From Patescibacteria group bacterium (GTDB taxonomy: Bacteria > Patescibacteriota > Patescibacteriia > Patescibacteriales > WJLG01): DNA of 64,000 bases. The notes beneath the pieces were generated by a model. That model searched no databases, was not told the DNA's origin, and saw only the letters and a list, made by a program, of their open reading frames with translations. The stretch spans positions 66,847-130,846 of the forward strand of contig JBAZHE010000001.1 of NCBI GenBank assembly GCA_041652555.1. Direction: 5' to 3'. Shown here one piece after another: positions 53,309-60,054 of the stretch. The stretch's first letter is position 1; every line of letters starts with the position of its first letter. The position numbers and the translations under genes were made by a program.

Positions 53309-53389
53309 TGTCATCCCCGCGAAGGCGGGAATCTAGTAAGTTTACAAAGTGCTCGCACTCTGGATTCCCGCTTTCGCGGGAATGACACA
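53309..53389. repeat. dRS3/NIME-like element, copy (e)
   Basis: tgtcatCCCCGCgaagGCGGGAatctag - 27 nt - ctggatTCCCGCtttcGCGGGAatgaca. Ends 8 nt before the rnhA ATG. Confidence 0.85.
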
Positions 53390-53397
53390 CGTGAGTT

Positions 53398-53823
53398 ATG
53401 TCAGACAAAAAATTTTTAACTATTTTTACCGACGGCGGGGCGCGGGGGAATCCAGGGCCGGCTGGAATTGGGGCGGTTTTGAAAAATGAGAAAGGGGAGA
53501 CGGTGGCTGAGGTTTCGGAATATATTGGTAAGGCAACTAATAATCAAGCCGAATACAAGGCGGTAATTGCGGCCTTGGAAAAAGCTAAGAATCTTGGGGC
53601 CGAAGACTTGGATTTTGTTTTGGATAGTGAATTAGTAGTCAAGCAAATGAAACGCGAGTATAAAGTAAAAGACAAAGATTTAGCCGTGTTGTTTATGAAA
53701 GTTTATAATGCTTGCCAAGGATTTGAAAAAGTATCTTTTCGCCATGTGCGTCGCGAATTAAACAAAGAAGCTGATGCTTTAGTTAATAAAGCAATTGATG
53801 AAGTTTTAAAAAATAAGAAGTAG
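53398..53823 (+). CDS. rnhA: Ribonuclease HI
   Basis: TDGGARGNPGPAG, NNQAEY and D..V motifs of type 1 RNase H. Confidence 0.9.
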   Translation: MSDKKFLTIFTDGGARGNPGPAGIGAVLKNEKGETVAEVSEYIGKATNNQAEYKAVIAALEKAKNLGAEDLDFVLDSELVVKQMKREYKVKDKDLAVLFMKVYNACQGFEKVSFRHVRRELNKEADALVNKAIDEVLKNKK

Positions 53824-53850
53824 AAAATCATCTCCTGAGGAGGGTATTTA

Positions 53851-53880
53851 AAAACAACGACTTTTAGGTCGTTGTTTTTT
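53851..53880. terminator. Bidirectional hairpin terminator
   Basis: aaaacaacgac ttttag gtcgttgtttttt. Confidence 0.8.
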
Positions 53881-53887
53881 CGTTTTT

Positions 53888-54838
53888 TTATTCAGCGTTT
53901 AATTTATATTTTTCAATATTCCCATCCGCTATTTTTTGTAATAATCTTATTTCTTCTTTGCCGGCTTCGCTTTTAAATAGATGTTTGAAGCGGGCTTGGG
54001 GTTTTAGGTATTCTTCTACGCTGATTTTTTCTTTTATTTTTGAAGCCTTAATAAGTTGGCCGTTTTCAAATTCTAAAAGGGGATAGAGTCCTGTTTGTGC
54101 GGCTAATTTACCAAGGCTCATTGCTGAATCAGTGGCAATGCCCCAGCCGGGAACGCAAGGTGCCATAATTTGGATATATGACGGTCCGCCTAGTTCTAGA
54201 GCGCGTTTTACTTTACGCGTAATATCTTCCGGATAGCCGGCGGTTGATTGAGCGATATATTTTAAGCCATGTGCTTGCGCGATAGCAATCATATCTTTTT
54301 TTCTTTGGGCTGAACCGATTGATTCGGCTCCGGCTGGTGTGGTAGCGGTTGAAGCACCTGGTTGAGTGGCACCTGAGGCTTGATAGCCGGTGTTGGAATA
54401 AATTTCTGTGTCATAGCAGATATAAAGAAAGTCATCACCGCGTTCCCAGGCGCCGGAAATGAGTCCAATCCCGATATCGAAAGTCGCGCCATCACCACCT
54501 TGGGCTATAACATTTATTTTTTCGGGAATTTGGCAAGTGCCGGATTTTTTATTACCAGAACATTTCTTTTTGTAATCAAGAGCCGCTCTAATACCCGAAG
54601 CCAATGATGAGGAATTTTCAAAAATGGAATGGATCCAAGGAATTTTCCAAGCTGATTCCGGATAAGGCGTAGTCGTCACTTCTAAACAGCCGGTGGCATT
54701 AGTAATAATAGTGTTTGGCCCAAAGCCACGCGAAGCGGACATAGCAGCAATCATCTGTCCACAGCCAGCGCAAGCTCTGTGTCCGGGAGCGATTAAAACA
54801 TCGCCGAGTTTTGGTTTTATAAGATTATCTGTTTTCAT
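53888..54838 (-). CDS. porB: 2-oxoacid (pyruvate):ferredoxin oxidoreductase, beta subunit (TPP-binding)
   Basis: GHRACAGCG and GDGATFDIG motifs. Confidence 0.9.
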   Translation of the reverse strand: MKTDNLIKPKLGDVLIAPGHRACAGCGQMIAAMSASRGFGPNTIITNATGCLEVTTTPYPESAWKIPWIHSIFENSSSLASGIRAALDYKKKCSGNKKSGTCQIPEKINVIAQGGDGATFDIGIGLISGAWERGDDFLYICYDTEIYSNTGYQASGATQPGASTATTPAGAESIGSAQRKKDMIAIAQAHGLKYIAQSTAGYPEDITRKVKRALELGGPSYIQIMAPCVPGWGIATDSAMSLGKLAAQTGLYPLLEFENGQLIKASKIKEKISVEEYLKPQARFKHLFKSEAGKEEIRLLQKIADGNIEKYKLNAE

Positions 54839-54846
54839 AAATTTTA

Positions 54847-56034
54847 TTAATTACAAACGTGGAAATGATTTTTTCCACCAGCATCTTCACCGGTTTCGGT
54901 TTGGTCGCATTTTATATTTTTATTATAAGTATTACAATTGCATTTATCTCCAGGATAACATTCATATAAAATATTTAGATTAGCATCTTTAAAAGTCGTA
55001 TATATTTTTTCTATAGTTTCTATATCTTCTTCTTTTTTGGAAGACATAATACCTCTTATTGGTGTAACCATATCAATGCAAGTTCCGTTTTTATGCCCTA
55101 AAGAGGAATGGTTGACTGTTGGTGGCCAAGCTTCTGTTATTTCTAATTTTATATCACCAATGTTATTATGAGCTTCTAATAATTTTTGATAAAAAGAATT
55201 TGCAACTTGGCAACTTTTTTGCGGGTATTTACAGGAGAAATTAGAAAGTAATCCAGTTATAGTTGTTGGTTCTTCACAGGCCATACAGCTTATTAAGTAA
55301 TCCGTGCAACCAGCTGGTAGTGGCGCGCAACAGCAGATAGCATCATCTTTTTTACCATCTTCAGAACATACGTCATTAATATTTTTCCATCCATCGCCGG
55401 CAGTAGCGCAAGTCTTGTCGAAGTTAGAGGATTTTGTTGTTGTTTTGGCTATATAGTCACTGTCTGTTAATGTTGTCCATTTACAAAGATGATTACTAGC
55501 ATTTTTCGCTGTTTTAACATTTGGTTTTTGAATTTTTGTTACGTTTAATTCTGTTAGTGCCGGGTTTATTTGTTGCAAGATCAGCCAGGAGGCCATTACT
55601 AAGACCAACCCTGAAAGAGAGGCGAAAATTATTTCTTTGGCTTCACCGATGGATGAGGCGTTACCGCCGGCTAAAATCCAGCGGAAGCCACCGACCATCA
55701 ACATTATGGCCGCCAATATTCCGACAATGCCAACCGCGTAATTGTAAATAGCTTTAACATAATCGGCGATTGGTTTGGTGTCGCCGGTATTAAAAGTTAC
55801 CACGCCCTCTTTTCCAAGGCCTGGAATCGGCACTTGCATTGTATAAGTAATCGGTTCGTTTTTAGCCGCATAAGCCATTTCCGGTGCACTCAAAGAAAGT
55901 CCCAGACTGAAAGCCTGCACCATCGCGATAACCGCGAAAGAGTAAGCAAAGAAGCGAGGGAAAGAAAAAAACTTTTTGTGCTTTTTTTTCTTTTTTAGAA
56001 AAGGAAAGATTTTTTTAAGTTTAAATTTTAACAT
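54847..56034 (-). CDS. Fusion protein: TrbC/VirB2-like pilin-type N-terminal domain, Cys-rich linker, and a LAS-type (M15-like) zinc peptidase motif set
   Basis: Two TM helices flank GGNASSIGEAK...QINPAL (pilin-like). The C-terminus has HKNGTCID (Hx6D) and HFH (HxH). Confidence 0.65.
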   Translation of the reverse strand: MLKFKLKKIFPFLKKKKKHKKFFSFPRFFAYSFAVIAMVQAFSLGLSLSAPEMAYAAKNEPITYTMQVPIPGLGKEGVVTFNTGDTKPIADYVKAIYNYAVGIVGILAAIMLMVGGFRWILAGGNASSIGEAKEIIFASLSGLVLVMASWLILQQINPALTELNVTKIQKPNVKTAKNASNHLCKWTTLTDSDYIAKTTTKSSNFDKTCATAGDGWKNINDVCSEDGKKDDAICCCAPLPAGCTDYLISCMACEEPTTITGLLSNFSCKYPQKSCQVANSFYQKLLEAHNNIGDIKLEITEAWPPTVNHSSLGHKNGTCIDMVTPIRGIMSSKKEEDIETIEKIYTTFKDANLNILYECYPGDKCNCNTYNKNIKCDQTETGEDAGGKNHFHVCN

Positions 56035-56038
56035 AAAC

Positions 56039-57187
56039 CTATTTTATTATTTTTCTTAAATTTTCTTTAGTAATATCTTTTCCTCCTAAACCGACAACTA
56101 CGCCGTTAATGATTGCGGTAGTTTTTCCATAAAGAGCGGATTTTACTTCAGTCTCTAATATTCCGCCAAGACCCAGGGAAATAGATTTTTCTAAAACAAT
56201 TATTTTTTTGGCATTAGTTTTTTTGATAACAGCCAAAATTTCTTCGGCCGGAAATGGTCTAAATGTTCTTAATTTTAAAACTCCTGTTTTATTTTTGAAA
56301 ACGCCGGATTTTTTATTTTCTTCATCAATAGTTTCTTTTATAGTTCCAATTACCGAGCCTAAAGAAATAACAACAGTCTTTGCTTTAGTTGGGCCGTAAT
56401 ATTCGACTAGGCCATTATCATAACTTGAAATATTTTTTTCTTGCGGATTAAATATTTTTTGTAATTTTATCCATTCTGATTTTATTAATTCTTTAGAATC
56501 TAGAATTTTTTGATTAAGCTCTAGGCGCATTTCTTGATAGTGAGTAGGTGTGACAAGTGTGCCGAGCGAGCGCGGGTTAGCCGGATCAAGATAAGTTCCG
56601 TTCTTTGGCTTATAGTCAGGCAAGAATTTTTTAATATTTTTTTCTTCAGGAATAGAAACTTCTTCGTAGGAATGTGTTAAAACAAAACCATCAACATTTA
56701 CAAAAGCCGGAACGGAAATTTTTTCGGCGATTTTGTAAGCTAGTAAGTGTTGAAAAACCGCTTCTTGATGATTCTCGGCAAAAAAAGACAACCAGCCGGC
56801 ATCGCGAACAGACATAATGTCTTGCTGGTCATTCCAAATATTTATCGGCGCGCCAATCGCGCGGTTAGCACAAGTGATAACAATCGGCAATTGCATTCCA
56901 GCGATATTATAGATAACCTCGGTCATTAATAATAATCCTTGAGAGCTAGTAGAAGTGTAGGTGCGGACGCCAGAAGCGGAAGCACCCAAAACAATAGAGG
57001 CGGCGGCAAATTCGCTTTCAGCGCGTAATAATTCATAATCAGCAATTCCTTCAGCTTTGAAACGCGCCAAATCTTCCACAATATGAGTTTGTGGCGTAAT
57101 CGGATAAGCGGAAATAACAGCCGGGCGGATATTTTTTATAGTTAAGGCAATAGCACGACTGCCTTCTAATATTTGAGGTTTAGACAT
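56039..57187 (-). CDS. porA: 2-oxoacid (pyruvate):ferredoxin oxidoreductase, alpha subunit
   Basis: MSKPQILEGSRAIA...YPITPQT. The start is set at 57187 because the 30-codon ORF-track extension is a read-through of repeat (f). Confidence 0.9.
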   Translation of the reverse strand: MSKPQILEGSRAIALTIKNIRPAVISAYPITPQTHIVEDLARFKAEGIADYELLRAESEFAAASIVLGASASGVRTYTSTSSQGLLLMTEVIYNIAGMQLPIVITCANRAIGAPINIWNDQQDIMSVRDAGWLSFFAENHQEAVFQHLLAYKIAEKISVPAFVNVDGFVLTHSYEEVSIPEEKNIKKFLPDYKPKNGTYLDPANPRSLGTLVTPTHYQEMRLELNQKILDSKELIKSEWIKLQKIFNPQEKNISSYDNGLVEYYGPTKAKTVVISLGSVIGTIKETIDEENKKSGVFKNKTGVLKLRTFRPFPAEEILAVIKKTNAKKIIVLEKSISLGLGGILETEVKSALYGKTTAIINGVVVGLGGKDITKENLRKIIK

Positions 57188-57198
57188 ATAAGAATAGG

Positions 57199-57277
57199 TG
57201 TCATCCCCGCGAAGGCAGGGATCCAGAAATTTGTTTAGTACTTGCACTCTGGATTCCCGCCTTCGCGGGGATGACAA
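57199..57277. repeat. dRS3/NIME-like element, copy (f), inside the por operon
   Basis: tgtcatCCCCGCgaagGCAGGGatccag - 24 nt - ctggatTCCCGCcttcGCGGGGatgaca. Confidence 0.85.
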
Positions 57278-57288
57278 AAATGTTTTTT

Positions 57289-57555
57289 TTATTTTTTTTC
57301 TATTTCCATTTTAATGCATTTCACTGGGCACTCGGCGGCGCAAAGTCCGCAGCCTTTGCAGAAATCGTAATCGGTTTGCGGCTTATTTTTACCCTCGGCG
57401 TTAGCTTTCATTTTTACGCAATTTTCCGGACAAACCAAAGCACAACGACTACAGCCAATGCAAACGTCTAAATCAGTTTTTGGTATATAAGTTCTCCAAT
57501 CGCCAGTTTTATTTATAATAGTAGAGCCTGGAGCAATAGTTAAGTCTAGTGTCAT
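57289..57555 (-). CDS. porD: 2-oxoacid:ferredoxin oxidoreductase, delta subunit (2x[4Fe-4S] ferredoxin)
   Basis: CIGCSRCALVCP and CKGCGLCAAECP cluster motifs. Confidence 0.9.
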   Translation of the reverse strand: MTLDLTIAPGSTIINKTGDWRTYIPKTDLDVCIGCSRCALVCPENCVKMKANAEGKNKPQTDYDFCKGCGLCAAECPVKCIKMEIEKK

Positions 57556-57582
57556 ATTTAAGTTTTCTAAATTAATTAGCTA

Positions 57583-57603
57583 AAATGATAAATGATAAAT
57601 GAT
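57583..57603. repeat. Tandem heptamer (AAATGAT)x3, same unit as at 39316
   Basis: aaatgataaatgataaatgat, between porG and porD. Confidence 0.8.
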
Positions 57604-57634
57604 GGATAAAAAAATAAATAAAATTTATCATTAA

Positions 57635-58195
57635 TCATTGTTTATAGATTTTTTCTATAGCTTGAATATTTTTATTAACTATCTCTTTACCTTTTTCTTC
57701 AAATTTTGTTTTGATGGCTTTTTTTAGGCCGTCAATGCTTATCGTGTTTCCTGTTTTAGCTAAAAGTCCCAGGATTGTGGTGTTAGCCAGATTGCGACCA
57801 AGAATTTCTATAGCGATTTTTGAAGCATCAGCGGCAAAAATATTTTTTTCCGGTATAGGCTTTTTTTCTTTTCCAAAAGTCATCTTTAAATCTTTAATTG
57901 GCTGGGAAGTGTTGACGATTACCATAATATTTTTTTCGCAATCAGCCGCTAAATTCATACCTAATAAAGTTGAGTCAAGGATTATCAAAATATCCGGACG
58001 ATAAACTTGTTCGCGGGTGCGGATTGGCTTATCGTCAATCCTCGCAAAAGCTTGAATCGGCGCGCCGGTTCTTTCCACGCCAAAAGACGGAAAAGCCTGG
58101 GCTTGTTTGCCGTCTTCATAGGCGGCGATGGCAATTAATTCGGCGGCCGTCACCACTCCTTGTCCGCCACGGCCGTGCAGTCTAATTTGTATCAT
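57635..58195 (-). CDS. porG: 2-oxoacid:ferredoxin oxidoreductase, gamma subunit
   Basis: IRLHGRGGQGVVTAA is typical of the gamma subunit. Confidence 0.9.
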   Translation of the reverse strand: MIQIRLHGRGGQGVVTAAELIAIAAYEDGKQAQAFPSFGVERTGAPIQAFARIDDKPIRTREQVYRPDILIILDSTLLGMNLAADCEKNIMVIVNTSQPIKDLKMTFGKEKKPIPEKNIFAADASKIAIEILGRNLANTTILGLLAKTGNTISIDGLKKAIKTKFEEKGKEIVNKNIQAIEKIYKQ

Positions 58196-58835
58196 ATGTT
58201 TCTAATAATTTATCAACTATTAATTTCCAATTTTCTAAAGAAATATCGCCTTTTACTATATAACTATTAACGAAAGATGTTGGCGTTCCGGAAACTTCAA
58301 GAGCAATAGCTTCATCATCATCTTTTTTGATTTGTTCTTTATAATATTCTCCTTTATAACATCGATCAAAACGCGCTTGGTCGGCGCCAATAGCGGAAAG
58401 TTGGGCGGAAAAATTAGCTACATTCACATTTTCTTGATTAAAAAATAGCTCATCATGTATTGGCCAAAATAATCCTTGTTCTCCAGCACAGCGGGCGGCT
58501 AGCGCTAAGGCATAGGAATTGTTGTGTCCAATATAATCCTTGTAAACTATTTTTAATTTTCCTGGATATAAAGCGCGCAAAGTTTCTAAAGTGGTGGCGG
58601 AATTTTTGCAATATGGACATTCAAAGTCGGAAAATTCTATAATCGTTATAGCTGGCTTGGCTGAACCGATCCAAAAATTTCCTTCAATGGAAACATCGTA
58701 TTTTCTAGCTTCTTGATTTTCGGAAATAGGAATTTTTATGAATCGTGCGACCAGGGCGCTTAGCAAAAGAACGGCGAAAAATATTATAATCACCAGTTTC
58801 TTGTGGTTGTGTTTTTCCATTGTTTCTTCGGCCAT
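58182..58835 (-). CDS. DsbA-like thiol:disulfide oxidoreductase, membrane-anchored
   Basis: TM anchor and FSDFECPYCKN CxxC motif. Confidence 0.85.
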   Translation of the reverse strand: MAEETMEKHNHKKLVIIIFFAVLLLSALVARFIKIPISENQEARKYDVSIEGNFWIGSAKPAITIIEFSDFECPYCKNSATTLETLRALYPGKLKIVYKDYIGHNNSYALALAARCAGEQGLFWPIHDELFFNQENVNVANFSAQLSAIGADQARFDRCYKGEYYKEQIKKDDDEAIALEVSGTPTSFVNSYIVKGDISLENWKLIVDKLLETYDTN

Positions 58836-58891
58836 AAAAAGATATAATAAAGATAGTTAAATTATATCATCATTAGCTAAGTTCTCCAAAT

Positions 58892-59029
58892 ATGAAAAAT
58901 AATTTAAGCGAGTGGGAAAAAAAGCTGGAAAAAAAGATGGTAGCCAGAGCCAAAAAAGGAAAACCTAAGATGAGGGTGTCAGGGGCTAGTGTTAAGGCTT
59001 TGGAAAAAATTATAAGAGGTAAGGTATAA
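58892..59029 (+). CDS. Possible 45-aa basic protein
   Basis: Manual translation: MKNNLSEWEKKLEKKMVARAKKGKPKMRVSGASVKALEKIIRGKV. Ends 3 nt before xth. Competes with a minus-strand shadow ORF. Confidence 0.35.
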   Translation: MKNNLSEWEKKLEKKMVARAKKGKPKMRVSGASVKALEKIIRGKV

Positions 59030-59032
59030 TTT

Positions 59033-59788
59033 ATGAAAATAATCTCTTGGAATGTTAATGGGATAAGGGCAGTAATCAAAAAGGGTTTTGTGAAATTTTT
59101 ACAAACAGAAAAACCTGATGTTTTGTGTTTGCAGGAAATTAAAATTTCTGACAGCGCTCGCAATCAGGAAGTTTTTGACTTTTCTGGTTACCAAGAATTT
59201 TGGCATTCCGCTGAGCGACCTGGATATAGTGGTACGATGATGTTAGTTAAGGATGGTGTAAAAGTTTTTGGAGAAGAAAAATTTCCTGATGATTCCGAGG
59301 GGCGAGTGCAGGTTTTAGAATTTTCTAAATTTTATTTGGTGAATGTTTATTTCCCTAATTCTAATCATGAATTATTACGTTTGGATTTTAAATTAAAATT
59401 TAATAATCGTTTGCAGAAATTTTTGAAAAAATTAGAAGAGGTTAAGCCAATTATAATTTGTGGAGATTTCAATGTGGCGCATGAGCCAATAGATCTTTTT
59501 CATCCAAAAGAAAATGAAGGTAGCGCTGGGTATACTCTAGAAGAGCGCACCTGGATGACAAAATTTTTAAAAGCTGGGTTTGTGGATACTTTTCGTGAAA
59601 TGTATCCGAAAAAGGTTCAATATTCTTGGTGGTCATATCGGATGGGCGCTCGTCAAAGAAATATCGGCTGGCGGATTGACTATTTCTGTGTTTCTGCTAA
59701 GATTGTTACTAATATTAGTCGTTCTTTTATAATGAATCAAATTTTCGGCTCGGATCATTGTCCAGTCGGAATAGAATTAAAAAAATAG
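59033..59788 (+). CDS. xth: Exodeoxyribonuclease III
   Basis: SWNVNG, LQE, GDFN and SDHCP motifs of the EEP AP-endonucleases. Confidence 0.93.
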   Translation: MKIISWNVNGIRAVIKKGFVKFLQTEKPDVLCLQEIKISDSARNQEVFDFSGYQEFWHSAERPGYSGTMMLVKDGVKVFGEEKFPDDSEGRVQVLEFSKFYLVNVYFPNSNHELLRLDFKLKFNNRLQKFLKKLEEVKPIIICGDFNVAHEPIDLFHPKENEGSAGYTLEERTWMTKFLKAGFVDTFREMYPKKVQYSWWSYRMGARQRNIGWRIDYFCVSAKIVTNISRSFIMNQIFGSDHCPVGIELKK

Positions 59789-59798
59789 GAGGTAGCGA

Positions 59799-59924
59799 GT
59801 GTTTGATGATTTGAGCTTCGCGGGTTTTATTATTTTTGCGGGAGTAGTAATAACAGTGGTTCCTGTTGCTATTATTCTTGTTGCTGCACCTTTTTATTCT
59901 AAAAAAAATACTGAAAAAGTGTGA
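59799..59924 (+). CDS. Possible 41-aa single-TM peptide
   Basis: GTG lies 6 nt after AGGAGG. Translation VFDDLSFAGFIIFAGVVITVVPVAIILVAAPFYSKKNTEKV. Terminator downstream. Confidence 0.4.
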   Translation: MFDDLSFAGFIIFAGVVITVVPVAIILVAAPFYSKKNTEKV

Positions 59925-59958
59925 TTTTTATTAAAAATTGATTACGGTGAACAGTTTA

Positions 59959-59987
59959 GCGGAGTGTTTTTACCCTCCGTTTTTTTA
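59959..59987 (+). terminator. Rho-independent terminator
   Basis: gcggag ... ctccg followed by tttttttt. Confidence 0.65.
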
Positions 59988-59988
59988 T

Positions 59989-60017
59989 TTGCTTTTTTGT
60001 TATTTTTGGGATAGAAT
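59989..60017 (+). promoter_or_regulatory. Putative leuS promoter
   Basis: TTGCTT, 17 nt, TAGAAT. Confidence 0.45.
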
Positions 60018-60054
60018 ATTTCTATCAACACGCTTTAATATTAGTCATAATTAT

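Noticed and set aside
57188-57277. N-terminal 30-codon extension of porA in the ORF track (MSSPRRRESRVQVLNKFLDPCLRGDD...)
   Set aside because: The extension is a translation of the palindromic repeat element (f). The conserved PorA N-terminus starts at MSKPQILEG (57187).
58873-59163. 96-aa minus-strand ORF overlapping the xth start
   Set aside because: It is antisense to the well-supported xth N-terminus and to a plus-strand small ORF, with a hydrophobic low-complexity translation typical of a shadow frame.
59938-60054. N-terminal 39-codon extension of leuS, and the TTG-extended starts of acs (40141), recJ (51560), comEC (36206) and trmD (2421)
   Set aside because: The extensions cross terminators, promoters or the preceding gene and lack homology. 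The conserved N-termini begin at the internal ATGs used in the feature table.
59789-60054. Possible T-box or other riboswitch leader upstream of leuS (and upstream of alaS at 27094..27206)
   Set aside because: The regions are short. They are explained by a small ORF plus terminator plus promoter (leuS) or by a single hairpin (alaS). No specifier-loop or T-box consensus could be recognised by eye.
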